DNA of 63,988 nt, filler included, from Rhizaria sp. SCN 62-66 (lineage: Eukaryota), in the NCBI GenBank assembly GCA_001724265.1. It is 3 parts of 3 records of this genome, joined end to end, with 100 filler letters (N's around TTAATTAATTAA, not from the genome) between each part and the next. Parts side by side here need not be neighbours in the genome. Positions count along the whole stretch, not along the records: positions 1 to 26,302 come from MEDY01000410.1; 2 more parts are not named here. The stretch is one strand, 5' to 3'. The notes beneath the pieces were generated by a model that was not told where the DNA came from, ran no database searches, and saw only the letters and a program-made list of their open reading frames with translations. Shown piece by piece: positions 1 through 12,286 of the stretch. Numbering within the stretch: the stretch's first letter is position 1; the number at the start of each line of letters is the position of its first letter. Position numbers and translations under genes: made by a program.

Positions 1-1862
1 GCGGCGGCCGCGGCGGCCGCGGCGGCGGCCGAGGGCGAGCGCGAGCGCAGGCCCGAGGGCCCGCCGTTGGGCCCGCCGCTGCCGCCCGCACCGCCGCTGG
101 CGCCGCAGTGCGGCGAGGCCGGCGCCGGGGCCGAGCAGCGCGGGCACCGGCCGCTCACGCTGAGGGAGTACATCGGCACGCGCACGGCCGAGCTGGCGCG
201 CGCGGCAGCTGCGGCAGCGGCGGCGGCCGCAGTCGCCAGACGGACATCCGCATCAACGCCACTGGTGCCGTAGCCGCTGCCATACGCGCCGTCGGCGCCG
301 GCGGACGCGGGGTCGAGGCCCGGACTGCTGTGGCTGTTGTACGCGGCGGCCGCGGCGGCCGCGGCGGCGGCGGCGGCGCGCGGCGACGGCACCGGGACCG
401 GCGTCGCGGCCAGGATCGCGCTGCGCGGGTGACCGAGGGCGCCGCGTGTACCCGCGGAGCCCTTGCCGGTGCCCGCGGAACCCGTGGAGGTGCTGTAGGA
501 GTGGGTGCGGGCGGCGCGCTGCTCGGCCGCGGCAGCTGCGGCGGGGGCGGTTGCGGCCGCGGCGGCGGTGACGGCAGCGGCGGCGGCGGCGGCGGAGGCG
601 GCCACGGCGGCGGCCGCAGCAGCGACGGCGGGGGACATGCTCATGTTCATGCTGTTGCTGCTGCTGCTGGAGAGGCCCAGTGCGTGGTGCCCGTCGGTCG
701 CAGCGTCGCCGTTGTAAGTGCTCGAAGGGTACTTACGGAGACCCGAGGTATTTACACTTCCATCGCCGCTGTTGGTGTAAGTAGCGCCGGCGGTGGGGGA
801 CGGCGACGGGTGCTGGCTGCCGCCAGTGTAAGTACCCGTCGCCGAATTGTAAGGGGCGGCGGGGGAGCCCACCTGCATGTGCGATAGGCCGCCGAAAGCC
901 CCTCCACTCCCGAAAGTGGAGAGGCGCTGCTGCTGCTGAAACTGCTGGCCGCGAGCGCCGGCGCCCGCGCTGGCGCTGGAGGTGCTGTTCAGTGCGTTGT
1001 TGGCGCTGTTGTTGTTGTTGGTGTTGTTGCTGTTGGCCAGAGCAGCGGAGCTAGGAGAGAGAGGGAAGGGCGCGAAGAGGGTGTCGTTGTCGCTGTCGCC
1101 GCCCATCAGAGCGTCAAAGTCGAGCTGCACGCCGTTGGGAGCAGCGCCAGTGTTTACGTTAGCACGCTCCTCAGCAGCAAAGCGGTTGTTGGCATTGTCA
1201 GCAGTCGTCTGCGTGTTGTTCTCGTTATCCTGAGCGGCAGCGTTAGCGTTGACTGGAGCGCTGGCGTTAACGTTGCTGGTGCTGTCAACGCGCTGCACAA
1301 TGGCGGACAGCGCAGTGCGCGAGGCGGTCATGGCGCGTGACAGCAAACCACTCAAGCCACCGCCGCTCGTCGAGCTAGAACTCGAGCTCGAGTTGGCATT
1401 GGCAGAGTTGGTAGTGTTGCCGCCGCCGCTGTTGTTGTTGTTGCTGTTGTTAGACTGCGAGACCGAGGCCGAAGGCGCGCGTGTGATGTGCGCGGCAAAC
1501 GCAGCGAGGTTGTTGCTCATGGGGCCGCCGTAGCGCACGCGGTCCGCGTTGGCGTCGTCCTCGATGTCGGTCGCGCTGGCACTGGGGTTCACCTCGCTCC
1601 CGTCTTCATCGGAGTAATCGCCGGCACCAGCGAAGGCAGCGCTGTCTGCGCTGCCCGCGCCCGCGTCCGCGCCGCCGGCCCCTGCCGAGGGCGTGGCGCC
1701 GGACGCTGCGTTGAGAGTGGAGCGGGTGGGGATGCCGGTGCCCATGACGGGGGGCGAGGCCGCGGCCACGACGACGGGCAAACCGGGCTGCGCGGGGGTG
1801 CCGGCGTCGTCGAACGCGGCCAGCAGCTGCGAGGCGCGCTTCGAGCGCTGCGAGAATGACAT
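1..1862 (-). CDS. Low-complexity hypothetical protein, 3'-truncated by the window edge
   Basis: ATG at 1862 begins MSFSQRSKRASQLLAAFDDAG. The frame appears open to position 1 (spot-checked; it is absent from the ORF track because it has no stop). Ala/Ser/Asn-rich like neighbouring genes, with AT-rich sequence upstream. Confidence 0.7.
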   Translation of the reverse strand, partial: MSFSQRSKRASQLLAAFDDAGTPAQPGLPVVVAAASPPVMGTGIPTRSTLNAASGATPSAGAGGADAGAGSADSAAFAGAGDYSDEDGSEVNPSASATDIEDDANADRVRYGGPMSNNLAAFAAHITRAPSASVSQSNNSNNNNSGGGNTTNSANANSSSSSSSTSGGGLSGLLSRAMTASRTALSAIVQRVDSTSNVNASAPVNANAAAQDNENNTQTTADNANNRFAAEERANVNTGAAPNGVQLDFDALMGGDSDNDTLFAPFPLSPSSAALANSNNTNNNNSANNALNSTSSASAGAGARGQQFQQQQRLSTFGSGGAFGGLSHMQVGSPAAPYNSATGTYTGGSQHPSPSPTAGATYTNSGDGSVNTSGLRKYPSSTYNGDAATDGHHALGLSSSSSNSMNMSMSPAVAAAAAAVAASAAAAAAAVTAAAAATAPAAAAAAEQRAARTHSYSTSTGSAGTGKGSAGTRGALGHPRSAILAATPVPVPSPRAAAAAAAAAAAAYNSHSSPGLDPASAGADGAYGSGYGTSGVDADVRLATAAAAAAAAAARASSAVRVPMYSLSVSGRCPRCSAPAPASPHCGASGGAGGSGGPNGGPSGLRSRSPSAAAAAAAAA

Positions 1863-2726
1863 GCGGGGCCACGCAGAGCGCTGGAGCGGCGGGGCAGCAG
1901 GGATTGCAGATTGACAGCGAGGGGAGGTTGGGTGGGAGCGAACAGAGCCTTGGCGCTCGGTATACAAAGTGCTTAGATCTGCGAGTAATGAATTGCGACT
2001 GTTCTTAACTGTGCGCGGCAGAAAATCTTTGTTTTATCCGGTTTCTGTTTGATTGAATTCGGTTAAACGGATGAAATCTAGATTTGTGGGGTGGGAAGGA
2101 GTCGAAGAGTGGTGTGAGATTTAAGGGGGATCCGAAAACACACTTGCATAAACACGTTTAGCGCAGAATCATAATATTTGTAAAGAAACATGGCGAAAAT
2201 TCATGTAAACGCTATAATGAACGCATTGGCCTTTTCTAAATCCCGATAATCTTACTTCAGGAATCGCCATCGAAATCAGGGCCACTTGCTCGCGCCCTCA
2301 TACAAATCTAGCTATCTGACAGCGCAGTCGCAGTTTGTCACTGAAGCAACTTTTGCATCCATATAACAATCTGCTATGAAGGTATGGCTTTGATGAAAAG
2401 TGAATGTATTCAATACTTGTTTAATAGAAGAAAGATTCGGTGCTGTGGGTGTCCGACCTCCGTCAGTATACCACTAGAAGAAAATATCTGCAGCCGGCAG
2501 AGTAACTCAGTCGTAGTGCTTTGCGTGACAAGAGAGGCGACGGAACACGTGAAAATTGAAAGAAAGAGAGAAATTGCGTATCATATAATATTGTTTCGTT
2601 GACATTTTTTTTACTTTTGATTTTGTTCAAAACATAAAATAAACAAAATAAAGCGACAAACACCCTTGTTGACTAGCGTGTCAAATGCAAGAGAGCAGTC
2701 GCGTGTTACAGCAGCCTTCTGCTTGC

Positions 2727-5700
2727 TTAGACGTTGGACTCGGCGGCCTCGAGCGGGATGGGCTGGTACTCGGCATTCTTGCGCGCCGCGATGGCGAGCT
2801 TGACGCGGTACGCGCCGTAGAGCAGCGCGAGCAGCACGGCGACCGAGACGAGCACCTTAAGCAGCACAGCACCAACACTGGAGCCGGCGTCAGCGCTCTT
2901 GTTGGCAGCGGCGGCCTCACTGGCGGTCGCGGTGGCGGCCTCGGCCTCAGTCTCGGCAAACATCATGAAGCCGGGCTGGAACGCCATGCCGGGCAGCGCG
3001 GCAGCACCCGTCGCCGGAGTAGCAGCAGCAGTGTTGGCGGCGGCGGGGGAGCCGATGCCGAAAGCGGCCATGGCGTTGTTGTTCATCGCGAGGTTGGCCT
3101 TGGCGTACGACGCCTGCGTCGCCAGCGCGCCGGCGCCGGGGCCCATGAAGGGCGCGGCGGCGGCGGCGGCGGGCTTCGCAGTGGAGGCGGCGCCGGCAGC
3201 GGGGGCGGGGGCGGTCGGGTGGGGAGCGAAGGCCGCGTTCATAGCGAGGTTGGACTTAGCGTAAGCAGCCTGAGTGGCCATCGCGTTCGCGCCGGCGGCA
3301 GCGACACCAGTGGCGCCGGCGCCAGAGGCGGCGGGGGCGACGGTGTAAGCCGCGGTAGCCTGCTTGTTCATGGCGGCGTTGGTGGCCATGTACGTCGCGC
3401 CGAACGCGCCGACATCGACCAGCTGCGCGGTCGCCTCGGCGTCCTTGGCAGCAGAGCCCTTGTTGGCCTTGCTGGCGGCCTTGGCGTCGGCCTTGGCCTG
3501 CTTCTGCTGCTTCTCGAACGCCTGCTGCGCCTTAATCACGGAGACGATGTCGAGCACCTGGTTCGCGAGCGCGTCGATGGCACCCGCGGCCGACTTGGCG
3601 GCGGCCGTGGACGCCTTGTCCGCGCCGGGCGTCACCGACACGTCGTGGGTACGCGTGACGACGGCGTCGGAACTCGTGGTGTTGTTGGCGCCGACGCTGG
3701 CGCTGCGGGCCTTGACCTCGGACTTGATCTCGCCGCCCTTGGCCGCAGCGGCCGCCTTGACATCAGCGGCCTGCTGCTTGACAGTTGCAGCAAAGTCCTT
3801 GGCCTGCGCGGCGACGTCTGCGCCGAGCTGCTTGCCGGCCGCCTTAAGTTCCTCCTTGGCCGCCGCGAACTGCGCCTTGACCGGGTTCGCGCCAGTCGCG
3901 GTCGCGTTGGTTGCGCCGTGCGTGGTGTTGGCAGCGGCGATGGGAGCGGGCATGATGACGGTTTCCTTGACGGCCACGGCGCCGTCCTTGCCCGCGGCGG
4001 CCGCGGCCTCGGCGCCCGAGGCCAGCTGCGCGCTGAAGAGCTTGAACTGCGCGGCAACGGCGCCCGCGACGCCCGCAATGTGCGCGGCAGCGGCCTTGGC
4101 GGCAGGGCTAGCCTCGGGCTCAGCGGCATCGACAGCGGTCTCAGTCTCGGCGGCAGTGACGGCGGCAGCGGCAGCGTCCTTGTTCTCAGCGTTGGCCTTG
4201 TTGTAAGCCTGGCTGGCCTTGGCCTTAGCAGCGATGCTGCGGGCCTCGGCAGCGGCGTCGGCATGCCATTGCGCGACCGCGGCAGACACGGCGTTGACGC
4301 TGGTGGTCAGCGCGGCGACGGCCGAGTCGAGCTGGGCCTCGGCGCCGGCCTTGGCGGCGTCGGCGCCGGCGCTGGCCCCAGCCGCGGCGGAGTGCGCGGC
4401 GGACTTGGTGGCCGCGGCGGCCGAGTCGACGCCGCCCTTGGCATCGGCCGCGGCGGCTGTAGCGGCGGAAAGCAGCGCAGTGAGGCCCTGCTGCGTGGCG
4501 GTGAGGCGCTTCGACAGCTCGGACACCGTCGCCGCGTCGTTGACTGGGTCAACGTCGGACTCGGACTCGAGGAGAGTGGTGGTCGCGGAGGCAGAAGCCG
4601 AGGCAGAGGCAGAGTCGAGGGCATCGGCGGCGGCGCGCATGGCGTTCGCGGCAGTGGCGGCGACACCGGGGGTCGCGTCGGCGGCGAACTGGCGGGCCTG
4701 AGAAAAACAAGAAACGAAGTGAAAAGATACAGAATGACATAAATGAGCTTAAAGTGCATAAACGTCGGAATCATCGTGTAAAAATAAGTTGTGTTACTAG
4801 ACCCAGACAAAAACAAACAAATATATTTAAATAAGTCCGCAGTTAATGCACATAGATATATATATCGCTTCAGTTGGAGTTATTCCGTACCTGGCGGAGG
4901 TAGTGCTTGGCGGCCTCGGTGGCGGGGGTGGCGCCGTCCTTCTTCTCCTTCTTCTCGATCTTGGCCAGCGCGGCGTCCAAATCAGCCACAGCGTCCGACT
5001 TCCCGGTCAGCTTGGCCGTGATCCTGCCCTCGACGGCGTCGGCCTTGGCGCGGACCTTATCGGCCGCGCTGGACAGCTTGTCGGCGGCCTTGGACGCGAC
5101 GTCACGCTTGGCCGCAGTCGCGGAGTCAGCGGCCTCCTCGTCCGCAGCAACATCGTCCTCAGCCTCAGCGTCAGCACCAGTATTCGACGTGGCGCCGGAC
5201 TCGGCGGCGGTCACGGTGGACTGCTTCTGCTTGTCGGCGGCGGCGGCAATATTGGCGGCCTTGACGGCCTCGATCACCGCGGTGAACTGCGGCACGTCCG
5301 CGGTGCCAAGCCACTCACGCATCTTCGCGCCCGCCTTGGAGCCCTTTAGCTTGGCCACGGCCACGTCGAGGCTCGCGTTGTCGGCGGCAGCCTTGGCCTC
5401 GGCGTCGGACTCTGACTCGGAGTACTTGGGGATCGCAGAGCCGGAGCCGGCCATGTACTTAGAGTAGTCGAAGGGACCCTTGGAGTCCACGGCGGCGCCC
5501 TTAGACGACGCCTCGGAATACTTAGTCGCGCCAGAGGCGGACGCGCCGGCCATGTACTTAGAGTAGTCGAACGCAGCGGCACCAGAAGCGGAGGCACCCT
5601 TAGACTTCTCGCTGGCCTTGACGTCGCCGCCCTTAGACTGGGCCTTAGATGTGGCGGCGGCGGCGTACTGCGAGACGAAGGCCTGCCAGTCGCCGTTAGC

Positions 5701-8700
5701 GCCAGCGGGGGAAGAGCTCTCAGCGAGAGTCACAGTGGCGGGGCCAGCGGCAGCAGCGTCAGCATCGACGTCAGCGGCAGCCTTCTTGTCCTTCTTATCC
5801 TTCTTGCCCTTAGAAGAAGCCTTCTTGTACTCGGCCTCGGTCTCCTTGGACTCGGTGGCGACGGTACTCGTGGTGGCACCCGCGGGGGGACCCATGGTGA
5901 AGCCCTTGGTGTAGACGCTCCAGTCGAAGCCGCCACCGGCACCCATACCGGGGAAACCGCCGGCAGGCATGCCAGGGAACCCACCGGGGCCCATGGCGCC
6001 GGCGCCGGAAGTAAAGCCGCCGCCGGCAGCGGCGCCGGCGCCGGTCTTGGCGAAGGAGCCCGTGCTGGGGGTGAAGGAAGCCCAGGGCGCGGCGGCGCCG
6101 GCGTCGTCGTCGTCGGCAGAGCCGGGCACGCCCGTGGCCACAGAGGCCTCGAACTTGGCGCGGAAGTCACCGCCCTAACAATAGCAAAAGGGAAAAGATT
6201 GCGAGGATATATTTGAGTATGATGTTAAAACATAAGTATTTCGGTATAATAAGTGATAGTGAAAAAAATAAAAATAATAGTATCAAGACATGTTCATCAA
6301 AAAGAGTTATATCCTGTTGCGTCGTTACGTACCTGACCGGGGCGGGCAGCGGCGGCAGCGGCGGCGTCGGCGGCGGCGGTCGACACAGACGGGCGCTGGC
6401 AGCCAGCAATCTCACCGAAACCGATGTAGCCCTTCAGCGTCGGCTTCTCAGCCTCATCGGCCTCAGCGACAGCCTCGGAGTCAGCATTCTTGGCGCTCTT
6501 GGCGCTCTTGCCCTTCTTCTTGTTGGCCTTGTCTTTGTGCTCGTGGAAGCTGTTGCGGTATGTGATGAGCGTGTAGTAGGCCTCCAGCAGCGGCTGGCCC
6601 AGGCCAATCACCTTGGAGTCGACGTAGGCAAGCACGGCGCGCGCGCTCTCAGCGGTGTCCTTCGCCTCGGCCTCCGCGGCAGCAGCAGCCTCGGCAGCGG
6701 CGGCGGCCTCAGCCTCGGCAGCAGCGGCGGCCTCAGCGTCAGCGTCAGTGCCAGCGGCGACGGCGGCGGTGGCGTCGGGGGCGACCATAGACGCGGTGGG
6801 GCCGGAGAGGAAGCTCGACCAGTCGAACCCGGCCATCGCGCCGCCGCCCGCAGTGGCGCCGGCGCCGACACCAGCGCCAGCGCCGGGGACGAAGCCAGAC
6901 CAGTCAAACGCACCGCCCGCAGCAGCACCGGCGCCGATGCCAGCGCCAGCAGCGGGAGCGGCGGGGGCAGGGGCCATGGTAGCCTCGGTGTTAGAGTAGG
7001 CCGTAGCCTTGGCAGACTTGGCCGCAGACTTGCTGCTGGACTTGGTGGAACGGGTATGCTTGCGCGTGGCGGCGTCCGCGGCGACGGGCTTGCGGCGGCG
7101 GATCATGAGCTTGTTGCCCGAGCCCGACTCGCACATGGCGTCAGGCACCACGGGCAGGTATTGCGCCGCCGTCAGTACGAGGCGGATGGGCTGGGACTGG
7201 CCATGCGCGTGGCCCACGCCGCCCTCGTCGCCGTCGAAGCGGTCGGTGGCGTACGTAGGCGCAAACACAGAGCTGGACTCAGCAGTCTCAGCAGTCTCGG
7301 ACTCAGTGGACTCGGCCGCGATAGTGTTCTTGCTGTTCTTGGCGTTCTTAGCATTCTTGGCGTTCTTAGACTTCTTATTGGAAGTACCCTTAGAGCCCTT
7401 GGAGCGTTTGGCAGCACCCTTAGACTTCTTACCGCTCTTGTTGTTGAACTTGAACTTGACCTCAGACTCCGCGGCGACGGTGACGTGGGCCGGAGACTTG
7501 CCGGACGCGGGCGCTGCGAGGATGCTGTCCAACTCGCTGGTCAGCATCGCGAGCCCGGTCTCGGTGGCCGCGACGGGCGCCGAGCCCTCGGCGAAGACGA
7601 TCTGGAGGTCACCGTCGTCGGCGTCCTCAGTCTCAACGTCGACCTCGGAGTCATCGGCCTCCTCGGCCTCATCGGCCTGCTGCTGCTGCTGCTGCTCCTT
7701 GTGGGAGAGCGTGCGTCCACGGACGAAGACAGAGATAGTCGGCCAGTTGATCGCGTCGGCGCCGTACTTGTCGAACGGGTTGCAGCTCTCGCCGCCCCAG
7801 AACGTCGACGGCACGCGCTCGCTGGGGAAGTTGTCCCCGACGGCCTTGCGCAGCGCTTTGATCACGGCGGCGTGGATGGGCGCCGGTAGCGACAGCGCGG
7901 GCGCCGCGACGTCGATCACGCCTACGGCGGGCGTCTCGGCGTCGCAGTGCGCGTGCAGCGCCTCGAGCGCGGCCGCGAAAACCGACACGGGGGCGGGGGA
8001 AGTCTCAGTGCCCATGCCGGCGCCCATGCCGCCGCCCATGGCAGCGGCACCGCCCATCCACTTGGAGGAGAAGGCGGCGAAACCACCGGCGCCGGACATA
8101 AACCCACCAGCGCCAGCGCCAGAGCTAGAGTCGGCGGCGGCGTCGGCGCCCTTGGTGGAGGCGAGCGGGGAGACAGTGGGGGTAACAGGGCCGGCGCCGA
8201 CGCCGAAGCCCGAGCCGACGGAGAACTGGTGCCAGTCGGGGATCGAGTCGGCCGCGGGCATGGCGCCGGCGCCAGAGGCAGCGGGGTCAGAGCTAGATTT
8301 AGCCTTGTCATCGTCTACAGAGGCGGGCAGGTTGTCGTTGTAGATGAGGCCCGGGTAGAAGAGCGACTGGGAGCCGACGGCGATGTCGACGATCTCGACG
8401 GCGAGCTTGGAGCTGAGGTAGCGCGAGAAAACCGCAGCTGACGCCACGCAGTGCGCCGAGTGGGGGCGCACGGCGCTCACCATGGGCGCGAAGTCAAAGT
8501 CGCCCTCGGTAACACCGTCGTCGTGAGCGTCCTTCTTGACTTCGTCGTCGTCGTTGTTGGCAACGGCGGCAGCGGCGGCGGTCTTCTTAGACTTCTTGGA
8601 GCGCTTCTTGACGTGGGCGGGATTAGCGCCGCCGATGTCGAGGGAGCCGTGGGCGCGCGCGCCGTTACCAGCGACAGCAGCATCAGCGTTGTTGTTGTTG

Positions 8701-9761
8701 TCGGAAACAAGAGCATCCCAGCCGCAAGTGTGGATGCCGTAGGTAGTGGCGTCGACGCCCTTGGCCTTCTTGCCATCCTTGCCATCCTTGCTGTCAGCAG
8801 CCGCCGTAGACTCAGCGTCAGCATCAGCGTCACCGTCAGCCTTGCTCTTCTTGTCCTGCTTCTTGCCGTCCGCGGCGGCGGCGGCGGCCGAGTCCGCCAG
8901 CGCCTTGTGCTGCTGCTTGACGGCGTCGACAGCGCTCGGTGCGACAGAGCGGTCGGCAGCCAGCGTTGCCTTGTCACCGGGGCCCAGCGCGGACTGGATC
9001 GAGTGCACGATCGCCTCGAACACGGCCTTCTCGCTGCCCGCTGCCGCGGACTTGTCCTCCTTCTTCACAGCCGGCGTATCAGCGGCAGCGGCAGTGGCGG
9101 GGGCAGCGGTGGCATCAGTGGCAGTGGCGTCGTCAGCGGCGTCAGGAGCGTCAGCCTCGGCGTACTTGGCGACCGAGGGCGCGATGCCCAGCACGCCGGT
9201 CTGACTGGCGCCCGCGACGCCCTCGCAGGTAAACGCGGCGCCGTCGGCCGCGCCGACCGAGAGAAACGCGGCGGCGGCGGCGGGCGGGCCGGCGGCCTTG
9301 GAGCCCTTAGTGGCGAGGCCGATGTCGGCGGCGCAGGCGACGCCGGCCATGCGCTGCGACTTGTACTGCGCAACATGGATCTTGTCGTTCGCACCCGTGT
9401 CACACTTCAAAGAGCGAGACGTAGACTTATCGTTGGGCTTGTTGGCGGTGGGCGCGTGCTTGAAGCAGTTAAGCGCGGCGTCGCCAGCGACTGCGGCGCC
9501 CGAGATGGTCGAATCGAGCGCGAGGTCGTGGACCTGCCCGTCAACGGTCACGGGCACGACGTAGTGTGCGTCGGCTAGCGGAGACGCGCCGTCGGCGGAG
9601 AGCGACGCATGCAGCTGCTTCTGCAGCGGCACGGAAACCGAGGCCGTGGGGACCTTATTGCTGGCACCGGAGGCTGCGGCGGAGACGAAGGCGGAGTGGC
9701 CGTTGGAGTAGAGGAAAAGCGCAGCGAGGAGCGCCACGTAGCGCGTAATCACGCGAGTCAT
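2727..9761 (-). CDS. ~2227-aa type I membrane protein with a degenerate pepsin-like (A1 aspartic protease) domain; exons 9761-6333, 6174-4891, 4697-2727
   Basis: Three ORF-track ORFs join in frame through phase-0 GT-AG introns 6332-6175 and 4890-4698. Signal peptide MTRVITRYVALLAALFLYS. Pepsin-like motifs YVVPVTVDGQVHDLALDST, GVLGIAP, GVIDVAAPALSLP, IGLGQPLLEAYY, YIGFG. C-terminal TM VLLKVLVSVAVLLALLYGAY. TAA stop. Confidence 0.8.
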
Positions 9762-10665
9762 GGCAAGGAACGGAGGGAAGTGATGAGAGCACGGGGCCAA
9801 GAAGTCCTGTGTCTGCGTGCGAGCGAAAGGTCCGTTCTTTGCGGTTGGTGAGTTGTGGTTGAGAGAACGGGACTGAAGGCCCGGGAAGTGATGCGACTTC
9901 CTACGGAAGCGGTCTGTTTTTGTGTGGAATTAAAAGAAGACAAAGGGCCACCACAAGTGAACGGAAGCCGATTATGAAAGGCGACGAGGCAAGGGCATAT
10001 CAGGCGAGTGGAGAAGTGAAGTGAGCGGGTGCAAAAACAGGCGATGACGGATGGGTGAGAGTCCACGAAGGATACAGAACCATATATATGGTTGAAATAG
10101 ATTGCTGGAATATTATTAGGTAGAAAAAATAATAAACTATACTTCAACCAAGTTGCAGATTGAGATGAGGTTGGGAAGGGCACTAAATTTAGGTTGGTGC
10201 GTGAGAGGCCAGGTTTTGACCCAGCTTGCACTCCGGAGTGACCGCCACAACAAACCGGCCCATCGGGTTGAGGCGTCAAATGACCGAATCCGGGAGCTTA
10301 AATTGCAGGCCATATTAAAATTGGTCGTAAAAGCAGTATAGTTTCATTAAATTACGAATGGACACTCCTAGCACCTGCAAAATGCGATTCCCTGGCAACA
10401 CGCGATTTATCACCGACGACGATCGCAGCTGCCGTCAGTCCGGTTCGCAAAAACTGGTCCACGGTCACTTTGGTGTTGGACCCATCGGACGAACTTCTAA
10501 AGCAGGCGCATACCAAAGCTATTCCATCGTCAATGTTGAAACCTGACTTGCGATGACTTGTGCGCGCACTACAACAACTCATTTTTACATATTAAACTCG
10601 CCCTGTTGACCGTAACACCCTTCTGCGTACCACCTGAAAACGCTCAAGCAGACAAGGCAGATCTT

Positions 10666-12286
10666 ATGTCTACCTCCTCTGCCAAGTACTACCTCGGTCC
10701 GTCCATTCTCTCTATCTAAACACGACTAGCTTCAGCATTATATTCGTTGGCGTTTCTTTCTATGCTTACTGTTTTGATCGTATTTGCGCTCATAAATACC
10801 TCTGAATCACTTGCTTTCTGTCTCCCACTCCTTGTTTCATCATTCAATGTGCCACTCTCGCGCGACTCCCTCGCTGCAGGCATGGACCTGGGCGGCACCT
10901 CGATCAAGGCCGGCCTCGTCACCGAGGAGGGCGTCATTGCGGCCACCCACATCGAGCCGCTGCCGGGCCGCACCCCCGAGGACGTGCTGGCCAGTTTCAC
11001 CCGCGCCATCGAGTACTTCGTCGCCGCGAACCACATCACCAGCGTGACCGATCTCCTGGCCGCGGGCGTGTGCGCGCCCGGCGAGTGCGAGTCTGACACG
11101 GGCATGGTGCACAACCTGACAAACTTTACCAACTGGCGCTCGGTCCCTCTCGCGCCCTACATCTCCGACATCATCAAGCGGCCCGTCGCTTTGGTCAACG
11201 ACGGCGACGCCGCGTGTGTCGGAGAGTGGTGGGCCGCGTCACAGTCACTCAACAAGGCCCACGCCGAGGCCACCGCCGCGGCCAAGGCGGCCGACGCCGC
11301 GGTCACGAAGCACAAGGAGCTCGCGAACATGTGCCTCCTGACTCTGGGCACCGGCGTCGGCTGCGGCATCGTGAGCGACGGCAGCCTCGTCCGCGGCATG
11401 GGCATGGCGGCCGAGTTCGGCCACATCCTCGTGGTTGACCCGCTCTCGCCGCTCGTCGCGCACCCGCCGCCCGCGCTGCGCGCCTCGGCGCATTACCTTG
11501 CCGCCGAGCCCTGCAACTGCGGACAGCACGGGTGCCTCGAGAAGTACACCGGCGCAGACGGCATCACGCGGCTCACGGCCACCAAGGCCGTTGATCTCAT
11601 TGACGGACGCACCACCGCGCCCTGGCTCGAGGCCGCCGCTGCTGAGAAGGCGGTTGCGTCAAGTCCGCTGCTGCAGTCGCTTGCCGCCAAGGCTGCGCAC
11701 TTCCGCAGTCAGAACGCCGCCGACAACGCGACGTTCGACGGCGCCCGCGCGGCGATGCGCGCCGACCTCAAGGTCGAAGCCGTGTTCGCGGCGGCCCGCG
11801 GCGGCGACCCGTTCGCGCTGTTCATCGAGGACACAGTCGCCGCGCTGCTCGCGGTGTCCGTGCTCACGCTCGTGCGCACCATGGACACGCAGGCTGTATA
11901 TTTCGGCGGCGGCGCCTCGCTCGCGGGCGGCGCGCCCTTCGTAGACAAGATCCGCAAGGTACGTTATCGCAATGGTTCCTAAAAACAATACTTTTGGAGG
12001 CTTGGACATGCATCATTTTGATCGAAGCTGTAAAATTGTACGATATTCGCACGATTGTAAAATATTGCTTTTATTCTTCGCTCATCATGTGTTCATATCA
12101 TGTGTTTTATTTTTTTCCTTCACGTCAAACTAGGGCTACGAGGCGCGCACATGGAAGTTCCAGCGCCACAAGTTGATCATCGCGCCGGCGCAGATGGGCA
12201 ATGACGCGGGCTTCTACGGCATGGCCAAGCTTGCTATTGAGGCCGCGCACAAGCATAACCTCACTGTTGCGGGCGCTAAGCTCTAA
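10666..12286 (+). CDS. ROK-family sugar kinase (glucokinase/ManNAc-kinase-like), ~420 aa; exons 10666-10696, 10880-11958, 12134-12286
   Basis: Spliced product has YYLGMDLGGT (ATP-binding), NDGDAA, LTLGTGVGCG, EFGH, the zinc motif CNCGQHGCLE and C-terminal GNDAGFYG. Both GT-AG introns preserve frame. TAA stop. Confidence 0.9.

Noticed and set aside
2685-9578. Long plus-strand ORFs (685, 558, 444 and 375 aa) opposite the pepsin-like gene, and similar antisense or alternate-frame ORFs throughout the window
   Set aside because: Shadow ORFs caused by high GC and strong codon bias on the real coding strand; no recognisable motifs.
10747-10879. Hydrophobic signal-peptide-like N-terminus on the ROK ORF in the ORF track
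   Set aside because: It is translated intron sequence; splicing 10696 to 10880 restores the canonical YYLGMDLGGT start.
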